A stretch of 64,000 nt of DNA, taken from positions 3,044-67,043 of the forward strand of contig CAVTRV010000009.1 in assembly GCA_963737205.1 (NCBI GenBank), given 5' to 3'. Shown in pieces: positions 1 to 9,606 of the stretch; the first letter of the stretch is position 1, and every line of letters begins with the position of its first letter. The translations under genes and the position numbers were made by a program. The notes under the pieces were generated by a model, which saw nothing but the letters and a program-made list of their open reading frames with translations, did no database searches and was not told the origin of the DNA. Origin of the DNA: an uncultured Acidobacteriota bacterium (GTDB lineage: Bacteria; Acidobacteriota; Terriglobia; Acidiferrales; UBA7541).

Positions 1-590
1 ACGTTTCTTGCGGCAGTTCGGGGCTGATTAACGGGCGAGGAATCGCGGCATTGTCGCTCATGATTATCGCTCAGGCCTCTCCGCCGGTTGGGCGCAAAGC
101 GGGAGAAAGAGCGTTTTTGGCCCGTGCGCAATCGCCCGCAGGCTCGCGACACCAATCGAGAAAGGCACAGCCCCTGGCCTGCTCAAGTTCTTGTGCACGT
201 GCAATTCTCCCTGCGCAGAGGTTCCTCTTTGCGAGACCGTAGCGATTAGCAAGAAGGGGGCGGAATGCATAACCAGAAATAACACCCAAAGACCTCAAGC
301 GTCTGTCTCAAACAGCACACAATTCCATTGCCCCAAGTGCTCCCAATCTGTTGAAGTCGAGCAAAGGTCGAATGAGCAGTTCGTTGACGGTCGTGATCTG
401 TTCTCGCGGGCGCACCGAATCACCTGGTTTTGAACCTGTGGTGATCAGGGTCCTCAATCAAATCAGAAGCATTACTTTGCGGCACATGGTGAATTTTCGA
501 AGCCGTGGAACTAAGCGGCAGGACGAAATAATTCAACTCGAAACAGGACGATGAGCCAGTTTGGTACGCTGCAGGACCCGCAAAGGTGTC

Positions 591-1391
591 CTACCGAGTG
601 TGCGATGCGGCTTCCTCGATCAAAGCCGCGACCTCCTTCGGCCTGGAGACGTAGACCGAGTGACTGGCGCCTGCGACCTCCACCTTGTGGCTCTTGGCTC
701 GGGCGGCATACCACCGTTCGAGGTCAGGGTTGATGATTCTGTCTTTTCCCGGTACCAACATCCAGCTTGGCTTGCTTCTCCACGCGGGCGTGGTGATTAC
801 TCCCTTGAAATTGGCGGCTAGGTTGAGCACTTGCGATCGCGCCATGAATGCGGCCTGTTCAGCAGGTACGTCGGCTGCGAAGTACTCAGGAAACCGCGCT
901 GGGTCGAGGTAAGTGAAGCCGTCAGCCGTCGTCTTCATCGCGCCAGACTTGCTTACGTCACTTGGGAAGCGCTTTCCGTCGCCAGCCTCACTCTCGCCAG
1001 CATCGGGCATGTGTGCCGCGACGTACACCAATCCCACAACAGACGGATCCGTTCCCGCTTCCGTGATCACGGATCCCCCGTAACTGTGCGCGACCAGGAC
1101 GCACGGTCCATCTTGCAGAGCAAGGATGCGTTTCGTCGCGGCGACGTCATCCTGAAACGACGTCTCCGGCTCCTGGACCAGGCTGACGTGGTAGCCATTC
1201 TTGACAAGAATGTCGTAAACGCCTTTCCAGCCGGAACCATCCGCCCAGGCGCCGTGAACCAAAACAATATTCCGAACCCGATGCTCTTCGTTCTGCGCTG
1301 AGAGGCCGCGGCAAGCCAAAACCAACAATATGACGCAAACAGACTGAGACATTCTCCGTACCACGCGCATGGCCTTCGTCGAATCACTCAT
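591..1391 (-). CDS. secreted alpha/beta-fold hydrolase
   Basis: ORF 591..1526(-). I prefer the internal ATG at 1391 (MSDSTKAMRVV...) because GAGGAAGGAAGG lies just upstream. Signal-like VCVILLVLACRGLSAQ, then VLVHGAWADGSGW and a nucleophile-elbow-like VAHSYGGS. Confidence 0.75.
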   Translation of the reverse strand: MSDSTKAMRVVRRMSQSVCVILLVLACRGLSAQNEEHRVRNIVLVHGAWADGSGWKGVYDILVKNGYHVSLVQEPETSFQDDVAATKRILALQDGPCVLVAHSYGGSVITEAGTDPSVVGLVYVAAHMPDAGESEAGDGKRFPSDVSKSGAMKTTADGFTYLDPARFPEYFAADVPAEQAAFMARSQVLNLAANFKGVITTPAWRSKPSWMLVPGKDRIINPDLERWYAARAKSHKVEVAGASHSVYVSRPKEVAALIEEAASHTR

Positions 1392-1710
1392 TTTGTCCTT
1401 CCTTCCTCTCGAATTACCTCTGGCTGATTTCTGCCTGGCCACTCCCTTATCGAAATTAGAGGTTGCGTGCAGACGCCGCGTCGTAATGTGAAGGATGGTT
1501 CCGACCTGCGCATCACGAGATGGCATGGTTTTTCGCTACCCCGAAAGCTTCGCCGCCATGTACCCCCATTGTGGTAGTCAGGAAAAACAGTGCCCCGGCA
1601 AACCTCTCTTGATGCACTCGGCAAAGCTGGCAAATGCTGCTTGGCGATTGTAGGATGTATAGATTCCGAGACATAGGCGCCTCCACGATTCTTAGTGGAC
1701 GGAACACTCC

Positions 1711-2877
1711 ATGCTACCGAGGTTACAGTTGGCCCCTTCCGACCCCAGCCGAGCGCGGGTTTGCCACCGTTCCTTCGGCCGGAGGTCTGCGACACCCACC
1801 CCGGCACCCCTAAACAATTTTGGCCTCGAAGGGGCTTTCCTCCTCTTCTTCTTCTGTACTCTCTTGAGTGGTTGTCGTTTCGGGCAGAGCGGCGCCAAGC
1901 CTTCCATCGAATTCACGAAGGTCCCTCCCGGGGACGAGGGCGGTCCGGACAAGACGGATACGATCGAGGGGCGCGTCGTGGGAGCGCACTCGGGACAGCA
2001 GCTCGTTTTGTATGCAAGAAGCGGTCAATGGTGGGTGCAGCCACTCACCAACGAGCCGTTTACCACGATCCAACCGGACTCAAAGTGGAGCAACTCCACA
2101 CACCTCGGAACGGAATATGCAGCGCTCCTTGTTGAGCCGGGATATCGTCCGGCGCCCAAGATGGCTGCGCTGCCGACGGAAGGCGGCGCGGTGGTCGCTG
2201 TTGCCACTGTTGGAGGCAGACCGGGGCCACGCGAAGTTATCAAGACACTTCACTTCAGCGGCTATGAATGGAAAGTCCGGACGGCTAGCAGCAACTGGGG
2301 GGGCAGTGTAAACACCTATGATCCTGCAAACGTTTGGACCGATGCCGGGGGTGCGCTGCATCTGAAGATCGCGAACGCGTCTGGCAAATGGACCTGCGGC
2401 GAAGTGAGCCTCACGCGAAGCCTCGGATACGGGTCATATCGCTTCGTCGTGCGCGAATCTTCTCGTCTGGAGCCCGCCGCGGTTCTAAGCATGTTTACTT
2501 GGGACGATTCGTATCAGGACCCGAATCACAGAGAAATCGACCTTGAGATCACACGCTGGGGCGATCCACTGAGTAAGAATGCGCAATACGGGATTCAACC
2601 TTACTACGTTCCCGCAAACGTCGACCGATTCATGGTGCCTTCCGGCATCCTGACGTATTCCTTCCAATGGGAGCCGGGAACGATTTCGTTCCGAACGATT
2701 CGGGGAACCAACGCGGGTAACGAATCGCGCCCTGTCGCTGACCACGTGTTCTCATCGGGCGTACCCAGGCCGGGTGGGGAATCTGTTCACATGAACCTGT
2801 ACATATATAAGAACGCAGCGAGTCCGGTGAAGCATCAGAATGAGGTTGTTATTGAGAAGTTTGAGTACCTTCCTTGA
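1711..2877 (+). CDS. putative lipoprotein with concanavalin-like / GH16-like glucanase domain
   Basis: 388-aa ORF. Lipobox-like LLFFFCTLLSGC. NHREIDLEITRWGD matches the GH16 E-x-D-x-E catalytic pattern. The true start is uncertain, since the N-terminal 40 aa look non-native. Confidence 0.55.
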   Translation: MLPRLQLAPSDPSRARVCHRSFGRRSATPTPAPLNNFGLEGAFLLFFFCTLLSGCRFGQSGAKPSIEFTKVPPGDEGGPDKTDTIEGRVVGAHSGQQLVLYARSGQWWVQPLTNEPFTTIQPDSKWSNSTHLGTEYAALLVEPGYRPAPKMAALPTEGGAVVAVATVGGRPGPREVIKTLHFSGYEWKVRTASSNWGGSVNTYDPANVWTDAGGALHLKIANASGKWTCGEVSLTRSLGYGSYRFVVRESSRLEPAAVLSMFTWDDSYQDPNHREIDLEITRWGDPLSKNAQYGIQPYYVPANVDRFMVPSGILTYSFQWEPGTISFRTIRGTNAGNESRPVADHVFSSGVPRPGGESVHMNLYIYKNAASPVKHQNEVVIEKFEYLP

Positions 2878-5800
2878 CTTGTTAAGCGGGCGCAGCCGGC
2901 TATCGAAATGGCTAGCCGCAGGCCTCGGCTTGGCGTGTGCCACCTCCGCATTGCATGCAAAAGAACCGAAGAAGGCTATGTCGCAATATGTGCGCGAGCG
3001 TTGGGGAATTGATCGAGGATTTCCAAGCGGGGCGGTCTATGCCATCACGCAAACCTCAGACGGTTACCTCTGGATCGGGACTGAAAAAGGACTGGTTCGG
3101 TTTGACGGATTGAATTTTCACCTGTTTCAGAAATCGAATACCGCGACGGGACCGGTCGGTCCGGTCCTGGGCCTGACTGCTGATTCCGAGAACAACCTCT
3201 GGATAACATTGCAAGCAGGTTTGCTGCGCTACCACGAAGGAAGATTCGAAGATGCCTCGAATGATTTCCGGCGGCCTGAGACTATCGTAACGGCAATGTG
3301 CCGGGGAAAAGACGGCGAAGCAATTTTTGCCGCGCTCCATAACGGCATCGTCAGATCGGGAGCGGGAGGACTTTTGACGCTGGCGTCCATGCCCGCGATG
3401 CCGAACTTCCTTGTGCTCTCCATCGCGGAAATGGCGGACGGGAGAATCTTGCTGGGTACGCGCGACACCGGCTTGTTCCAACTAAACGGAGGGCAATACT
3501 CGGCAGGTCCAGTTGAGTTGCGGGACCGGAAAATCAACTGTCTTCTTCCCGCTGACAAACAAAAGTTATGGATCGGCACCGACAACGGTCTCGTGCGGTG
3601 GGACGGAAAAGAAGTCGTCAACGCCACAATACCGCCTGGCTTGATCCACGCCCAGATTCTTGCCCTTGGGAAAGATCGCGAGTCGAATACATGGATTGGC
3701 ACGGCTGAAGGTCTCTTTCGAATCGACTCGGAAGGAGTGTCTTCCTCTGATGAAGAACGCCGTCCCCAGCGTGCAGAGGTCACGGCGATCTTCGAAGATC
3801 GGGAAGGCAATGTGTGGACGGGAGGCCCGCAAGGCCTTGAGCGCTTTCGCGACACCGTGTTCACCACCTATTCCCTCCCTGAGGGTCTGCCATCCGAGAC
3901 CAACGGACCGGTCTACGTAGATTCCGATGGCCGCACGTGGTTCGCTCCGTCCGAGGGTGGACTTTACTGGCTCAAGGAAGGAGTGCTTGGGCGCGTAAGG
4001 AGCGATGGGCTGGATGGAGACGTTGTTTATTCCGTGACGGGTGACGGCGGTGAGTTGTGGCTGGGCCGGCAACGCGGCGGGTTGACGCATCTGCGGTACC
4101 GGGACGGGACGTGGACGAGCGAGACCTATACGCAAGCACAAGGCCTCTCCCAAAACAGCGTTTATGCAGTTCATGAGAATCATGACGGAACGGTTTGGGC
4201 TGCGACATTAAGCGGCGGCGTCAGCAGATGGAAGGACGGCAAATTCTCAAATTTCACGTCCGCGGACGGACTCCTGTCCAACTCCGTAGCGGCGATTACC
4301 GAAGGCCCTGATGGCACAATGTGGTTTGCGACACCCCGGGGCCTAAGTGAGTTTTCGAATGGACGCTGGCGGTCTCTTGCCCAAGAGGATGGTTTGCCAT
4401 CGGAGGATGTAATCTGTCTCCTCGAAGATTCAACGGGCACGCTTTGGCTCGGCACCGCGAAAGGGCTCGCATGGATTCGTTCCGGGAGTGTTGGAACGCT
4501 CGAAGAGGCGCCTGATTCACTGCGCGAACCGATCTACGGAATCGAACAGGACCGGAACGGAGGTCTTTGGATAGCAACCGCGAATCGCGTGCTGCGCGTT
4601 GATCGCGTCAGACTGCTCCAAGGAAAGGTCAGCGGCGACGACCTTCGCGAATATGGCCTTGCCGACGGCCTGCGGGGCACGGAAGGCGTGAAGCGAAACA
4701 GGTCGGTGGTTGCGGATCGCGTCGGACGGATTTGGTTTTCGATGAATCGCGGGATTTCCTTTGTCGATCCTGTTCGCGCGATGGGCAGGTCGGTTCCCAC
4801 GCTCGTTCACATTGAAGGAATTTCCGCGGATGGCGCTGCGGTTAGCATGCAAGGAGATGTGCGAATCCCTGCGGCGCACCAGAGAGTGACGTTCACCTAC
4901 GCCGGTTTGAGCTTGTCGGTTCCGGAACGCGTCCGGTTCAGATACAAGCTGGAAGGTTTCGACCGGGACTGGAGCGAGCCAACCGTCGCGCGCGAAGCGA
5001 CGTACACCAACCTCAGTTCAGACTCGTATCGCTTCCGTGTCATAGCGAGCAATAGCGATGGCCTCTGGAACAGCTCCGAATCCGCGCTTAAGTTCAAAAT
5101 TGACCCCGCGTTCTGGCAGACTTGGTGGTTCCGGCTTTCCGGCGTGTTGCTATTCGGACTGGCAACCTTGGCGTTCTTGCGGCTTCGGGAGCTACGGCTG
5201 ACCAGGCACATGAATATGCGCTTCGAGGAACGGCTCGCAGAGCGCACGCGCATCGCACAGGAGCTGCACGATACCTTATTGCAGGGTTTTCTCAGCGCCT
5301 CCATGCAGCTACACGTGGCTGACGACCATATCGATGCCAATTCGCCTGCCAAACCTTTCGTCGGAAGGGTTCTCGAACTCATGGGTCGGGTTATTGATGA
5401 AGGGCGGAACGCCGTTCGAGGCCTCCGTCTGCCCAACAGGGAGCCTCAAGACCTCGAACAGGCGTTTGCCGGAATTCAGCAGGAGGTCGGTGCGGCGCAA
5501 GAGACTGATTTTCGAGTGGTTGCGGAAGGATCGGCGCGGAAGTTGCGCCCTGTGATCCGCGAGGAAGTATATCGGATCGGCCGCGAGGCGCTGGTTAACG
5601 CATTCCGTCACTCCAGCGCGAGCAACGTCGAGGTTGAGCTCGAATACGCGCCCAGCCATTTGCGGCTTCTCGTGCGCGACAACGGCAATGGGATCGACCC
5701 TCAGGTAATCCACGCCGGACGTGACGGGCACTGGGGGTTGTCGGGAATGCGCGAGCGCGCGGAAAGAATAGGCGCCAGATTCAGAGTTCTGAGCGGCGCT

Positions 5801-5947
5801 TCTGCAGGGACGGAAGTAGAGCTTTCCGTTCCCGGCCATATCGCTTTCGAATTTCCGACATCCGAAAGCTCGTGGGGGCGGCTTTGGAAGGCGAATCCTC
5901 AAACGGCTAGGGACGCAAAGAAGGGCAAAAGCGAGAAGCAAAAATGA
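2840..5947 (+). CDS. sensor histidine kinase with periplasmic beta-propeller repeats, Y_Y_Y domain, HisKA_3 and HATPase
   Basis: About ten repeats of the W(I/F)GT..GL.R(F/W) type (YLWIGTEKGLVRFDG, KLWIGTDNGLVRWDG...). Y_Y_Y-like VRFRYKLEGFDRDWSE...YRFRV, then a TM segment. H-box RIAQELHDTLLQ and ATPase VRDNGNGI...GLSGMRERA. Alternative TTG start at 2879, just after the upstream stop. Confidence 0.85.
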   Translation: MRLLLRSLSTFLDLLSGRSRLSKWLAAGLGLACATSALHAKEPKKAMSQYVRERWGIDRGFPSGAVYAITQTSDGYLWIGTEKGLVRFDGLNFHLFQKSNTATGPVGPVLGLTADSENNLWITLQAGLLRYHEGRFEDASNDFRRPETIVTAMCRGKDGEAIFAALHNGIVRSGAGGLLTLASMPAMPNFLVLSIAEMADGRILLGTRDTGLFQLNGGQYSAGPVELRDRKINCLLPADKQKLWIGTDNGLVRWDGKEVVNATIPPGLIHAQILALGKDRESNTWIGTAEGLFRIDSEGVSSSDEERRPQRAEVTAIFEDREGNVWTGGPQGLERFRDTVFTTYSLPEGLPSETNGPVYVDSDGRTWFAPSEGGLYWLKEGVLGRVRSDGLDGDVVYSVTGDGGELWLGRQRGGLTHLRYRDGTWTSETYTQAQGLSQNSVYAVHENHDGTVWAATLSGGVSRWKDGKFSNFTSADGLLSNSVAAITEGPDGTMWFATPRGLSEFSNGRWRSLAQEDGLPSEDVICLLEDSTGTLWLGTAKGLAWIRSGSVGTLEEAPDSLREPIYGIEQDRNGGLWIATANRVLRVDRVRLLQGKVSGDDLREYGLADGLRGTEGVKRNRSVVADRVGRIWFSMNRGISFVDPVRAMGRSVPTLVHIEGISADGAAVSMQGDVRIPAAHQRVTFTYAGLSLSVPERVRFRYKLEGFDRDWSEPTVAREATYTNLSSDSYRFRVIASNSDGLWNSSESALKFKIDPAFWQTWWFRLSGVLLFGLATLAFLRLRELRLTRHMNMRFEERLAERTRIAQELHDTLLQGFLSASMQLHVADDHIDANSPAKPFVGRVLELMGRVIDEGRNAVRGLRLPNREPQDLEQAFAGIQQEVGAAQETDFRVVAEGSARKLRPVIREEVYRIGREALVNAFRHSSASNVEVELEYAPSHLRLLVRDNGNGIDPQVIHAGRDGHWGLSGMRERAERIGARFRVLSGASAGTEVELSVPGHIAFEFPTSESSWGRLWKANPQTARDAKKGKSEKQK

Positions 5948-6573
5948 GCGAAGAGAAACGCATTCGGGTTTTCAGCGTGGATGACCACCCCTTATTGCGG
6001 GAGGGGATCGCTGCGATCATCGACAACCAGCCGGATATGGTGATGGTGGCCCAAGCCGCCAACTCGCAGGACGCTATTCAGCAATTTCGAAAACATCGGC
6101 CGGACGTCACACTGATGGACCTTCGACTTCCCGATGGCAGCGGCATCGAAACGATGATTGCTATTCGAGCGGAATTTCCCGATGCGCGAATCATCATGCT
6201 GACCACGTTTGAAGGCGATGTGGAGATAAAAAATGCCCTCGAGTCGGGAGCCCGAGGCTACATGCTCAAGAGCATGCCCCCCAAGGAGCTGGTTGAGGTG
6301 ATCCGCCAAGTCCATGCGGGGAAAAAGCGCATACCTCCGCAGTTGGCGGCTCAGCTTGCCGAACATATGAGCGACGAGGCCCTCACCGAACGTGAGGTCC
6401 AGGTGCTGAGTCAAATCGCGGGCGGAAACCGGAATCGAGACATCGCGGAGCAGCTCTTCATCTCGGAAGAAACCGTGAAGGTTCACATCAAGCACATCAT
6501 GGAGAAACTGGGGGCAAGCGATCGCACCCAAGCGGTGGCCATCGGCATTCGCCGCGGAATCATCCAACTCTAA
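5944..6573 (+). CDS. NarL/LuxR-family response regulator (REC + HTH_LuxR)
   Basis: IRVFSVDDHPLLREG...DVTLMDLRLPDGSG (REC). LTEREVQVLSQIAGGNRNRDIAEQLFISEETVKVHIKHIMEKLG (LuxR HTH). 4-nt overlap with the kinase stop. Confidence 0.9.
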   Translation: MSEEKRIRVFSVDDHPLLREGIAAIIDNQPDMVMVAQAANSQDAIQQFRKHRPDVTLMDLRLPDGSGIETMIAIRAEFPDARIIMLTTFEGDVEIKNALESGARGYMLKSMPPKELVEVIRQVHAGKKRIPPQLAAQLAEHMSDEALTEREVQVLSQIAGGNRNRDIAEQLFISEETVKVHIKHIMEKLGASDRTQAVAIGIRRGIIQL

Positions 6574-6627
6574 GAAAACAATCGGGATCGCCGGTGCCGT
6601 GACTTACTGGCTCCCACCGCCGGTCTC

Positions 6628-6690
6628 CCCGAAAGTGGTATTCCTAAACGGTCCTGGAGTGGTACCGAAAAACCATTCCATCTCGTGATG
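6628..6690 (+). promoter_or_regulatory. conserved 63-nt intergenic element, copy A (function unknown)
   Basis: CCCGAAAGTGGTATTCC...GTGGTACCGAAAAACCATTCCATCTCGTGATG. 49/63 identical, ungapped, to 8114..8176 (hand count). Lies about 100 nt upstream of the ECF sigma start. Confidence 0.4.
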
Positions 6691-6788
6691 CTTCCTCCTC
6701 TCGAATCCAGCAGAGTGTTGGCGTGACGAGGCGTTAACCAACCGAGCCTCGCACGTCATTTCAAAGCTGAAAAGGGGAGGACAAGGTT

Positions 6789-7496
6789 GTGGCCACAATT
6801 GCATGCAGTGCGGCGAGCCTGAGTGATCTCTTCACGGATCACTCTCAGACGGTATGTGAGACGAGCCTGGTGTCAGCGGCGAAGAGAGGACATCAAGCGG
6901 CTTTCGGAGAGCTTTGCCAACGCCACGCCAAGAGGGTCTTTCGCACTATGCTTCGCATCACCAGAAATCGCGAGGACGCGGAAGACGCTGTACAAGACGC
7001 ATTCTTGCAGGCCTTCCGTCACCTCGATAATTTTGACGGACGCTCCACTTTTTCCACCTGGCTCACACGGATCGCGATCAATTCCGCTCTGATGATTCTT
7101 CGCAGAAGGCGAAACGTGCGCTTCGTTTCTCTGGACGGCCCCGACGATCCCGATGGAGGGGAGACGTGTCCCGAAGTAGCGGATCGTGCGGTGGACCCAG
7201 AGCGGCGCTACCTGGAAAACGAAAGAGGGAGCATCCTTCGGGACGCGATCCAGGCGCTGCGGCCGTCCGCTCGTCGAGTGATCGAGCTTCAGCAGTTGGA
7301 AGAACGGTCCATGAGGGAGGCTGCCCAGGTGATGGGTATCACGGTTCCCGCAGCCAAAAGCAGGCTGTTTCACGCCAAGGCGGCGTTGCGTAAGTCGCCG
7401 AAGCTGAGGCCGTTCACCGCGCGGGAGGAAAGCGAATCGGTTGACTTGGTTATCGCCGCTCAAACCGCAAGCCGGCAAGTCACCGTCGAACTCTGA
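6789..7496 (+). CDS. ECF-type RNA polymerase sigma-70 family factor
   Basis: GTG start preceded by GGGGAGG. Region 2: DAEDAVQDAFLQAFRHLDNFDGRSTFSTWLTRIAINSALMILRRRR. Region 4: RVIELQQLEERSMREAAQVMGITVPAAKSRLFHAKAAL. Confidence 0.85.
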   Translation: MATIACSAASLSDLFTDHSQTVCETSLVSAAKRGHQAAFGELCQRHAKRVFRTMLRITRNREDAEDAVQDAFLQAFRHLDNFDGRSTFSTWLTRIAINSALMILRRRRNVRFVSLDGPDDPDGGETCPEVADRAVDPERRYLENERGSILRDAIQALRPSARRVIELQQLEERSMREAAQVMGITVPAAKSRLFHAKAALRKSPKLRPFTAREESESVDLVIAAQTASRQVTVEL

Positions 7497-7596
7497 ACGA
7501 GCTGAATCGCTCTGGACCGTTACGGTGCACGCACAGAACTAGTCCCTCAGAAGTGGTAGGGAAAGATGCCGCAATGTAGGGTTTCGAGCCGCGTGC

Positions 7597-8076
7597 ATGT
7601 TTGTTTATTTTGGAGGCAGCGCACTTATGGTGGCGCGCCAAGGGAGATACGCGCTGCAAAGACTATACTCCACGTTTCCGGGGGGCCGGCCCGGTATAGG
7701 TCTCTTGCTGTTGCGTTCAGCGGTTGGTATCGCTACTTGCGCTGAAGGGATTTCCTATCTCTCCGGTTCGTCCAATCCCATCTCGGGAAAATGGCTGCTT
7801 GGTCTGCTCTTGATCGCGAGCGGCGCGGCCCTTGCGTCGGGATTCCTCACCCCGATTGCGGGACTCGTGGTGGCCCTAACCTTCCTTGGGATCGCCTTTT
7901 CATGGTTTCCCGAGCCTTCATGGGGTTCGCACGATGCTAGACTTTTGGCTTTCGGCATGATTATTGCGGCCGCCGCGCTTGCGTTGCTAGGGCCGGGAGC
8001 TTTCTCCTGCGATGGCCGCCTGTTCGGACGTCGCGAAATTGTAATTCCCCCCTCATCGCACCCGCCAGAATCCTAA
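7597..8076 (+). CDS. DoxX-like integral membrane protein
   Basis: 159-aa ORF with four hydrophobic segments. QRLYSTFPGGRPGIGLLLLRSAVG resembles the N-terminus of DoxX-family proteins. Start could be the internal M at 7627. Confidence 0.5.
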   Translation: MFVYFGGSALMVARQGRYALQRLYSTFPGGRPGIGLLLLRSAVGIATCAEGISYLSGSSNPISGKWLLGLLLIASGAALASGFLTPIAGLVVALTFLGIAFSWFPEPSWGSHDARLLAFGMIIAAAALALLGPGAFSCDGRLFGRREIVIPPSSHPPES

Positions 8077-8113
8077 CTTCACGCGGTTCAAGGGCTCAGC
8101 GGTGTCGGAACTA

Positions 8114-8176
8114 ACCGAAAGTGTTATTCCGAGTCACCCCTAGGGTGGTACCCGAGAACCATCCCATCTCGTGATG
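8114..8176 (+). promoter_or_regulatory. conserved 63-nt intergenic element, copy B
   Basis: ACCGAAAGTGTTATTCC...GTGGTACCCGAGAACCATCCCATCTCGTGATG. Lies about 180 nt upstream of the efflux operon start. Confidence 0.4.
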
Positions 8177-8356
8177 TGGTCGCGAACTCCGTCCTGCATA
8201 GTGCCGTCCCGAGAACCAGCGGCGGTGGCCGATGTTTTCGCGACGCAAAGGAAGTCCTTTGAACATCTCAAGTCGCCGCAGGCCTCGCTTCCCGGCCGGA
8301 ACCTTTACATGTGAAACCACATCCAATTCGGCTCAGACACGAGGTCGGAGACAAAG

Positions 8357-9606
8357 ATGAACACGCTTAGGAAATATAAATTCTGGATAGGCGGAGCGTT
8401 TTGCTTGCTGGCGGTCGGTCTGATTATTGGCGCGATACGCCCGAAGCACGTATCGGGAGCGCAGCCGAGTGCTCCGGAGGTCGAGGTCGTACAGGTCGAG
8501 CAGAAGGATGTCCCGATTTTCGGCGAGTGGATCGGTACGCTCGACGGATTCACGAATGCCGACGTCAGGGCGCAGGTGACGGGCTACCTGCTGCGGCAGG
8601 GTTACCAGGAAGGCGGATTCGTCAGGAAGGGTCAACTGCTGTTTGAGATCGATCCGCGTCCCTTTCAGGCGGTGCTCGACCAGGCGCAAGGACAGTTGGC
8701 ACAGGCCAGGGCCCAACTCGCCAACGCCCAGGCGGTTCAGGGCAGGACCGAACTCGACGTTAACCGCTACACACCTCTCGCGCGGGAGCAGGCCGCCAGC
8801 CAACAGGATCTGGACAACGCCATTCAGAACAATCTGGCGGCCAAAGCGACAGTCGCTACCGCCGAAGCTCAAATCAAGACGGCCGAGGCCGCCGTTGAAA
8901 CCGCTCAGATCAACCTCGATTTCACCCGCCTCATTGCGCCGATCGACGGCATCGCCGGGCAGGCTCAACTTCAAGTAGGCGCGCTGGTGAATCCAAGCAG
9001 CGGGCCCGTGACTTCCGTGTCTACCGTCGACCCGATCAAAGTCTATTTCACCGTCAGCGAGCGAGAGTACCTCGACTGGAAAAACGCTTCCCGACGGAAA
9101 CTACTCGTCAGGCCGCTGACAAGAATCTGCGTCTCCAACTGATTTTGGCCGACGGCTCAACCTATCCGCGCGACGGCACGTTCTACTTTGCGGACCGCCA
9201 AGTGGATCAGAGCACGGGCGCAATTCGCCTGGCTGGGCTGTTTCCGAATCCAGGAAATATTCTGCGCCCCGGCGGCTACGGCAAAGTTCGCACGGTCGTC
9301 CGAATCGAGCAAGACGCGCTACTCGTCCCTCAACGCGCAGTTTCCGAACTACAAGGCGGCTATCAAGTCGCGGTGGTGGACAACGAGGACAAAGTGAGCA
9401 TCCGAACCGTCAAAGTCGGCGACCGTGTCGGCACCCAGTGGATTATTGCCGACGGACTGAAGCGCGGTGACCGCGTGGTTGCGGAAGGCGTGCAAAAGGT
9501 GCGTCCGGGGATGCAGGTGAACCCCAAGCCTTTTGCTGCGGACAGTTCAAGGAAGGTAATCCCATGTCAAAATTCTTCATCAACCGTCCCATCGTCGCCA
9601 TGGTGA
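8357..9606 (+). pseudogene. RND efflux periplasmic adaptor (HlyD/AcrA family), interrupted by one frameshift
   Basis: Fragments 8357..9142 and 9145..9606. The second frame already reads KNLRLQLILADGSTYPRDG upstream of 9145. Frames join at the A5 run 9080-9084; one extra A would give W-K-K-R-F-P-T-E. Coiled-coil LAQARAQLANAQ and the ADRQVDQSTGAIRL motif are typical of the family. Confidence 0.8.

Noticed and set aside
1-61. Possible 5' end of a minus-strand gene leaving the window (ATG at 61..59, MSDNAAIPRPLISPELPQET..., preceded by GGAGAGG).
   Set aside because: Only 20 codons are visible and no motif can be recognised. There is too little evidence to call a feature.
6650-6690. Reading TGGTAC...within the 63-nt element as a sigma-54 (-24 GG / -12 GC) promoter.
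   Set aside because: The -12 TTGC element is absent at the required spacing in both copies.
6604-8326. Minus-strand ORFs 6604..6804 and 8111..8326 that share ...HHEM(E/G)WF.GTT.G..RN.TFG, considered as a conserved small-protein family.
   Set aside because: The similarity is the 63-nt element read in reverse. Its 14 mismatches fall on 3 first, 6 second and 5 third codon positions, so there is no sign of coding constraint, and the rest of the two ORFs is unrelated.
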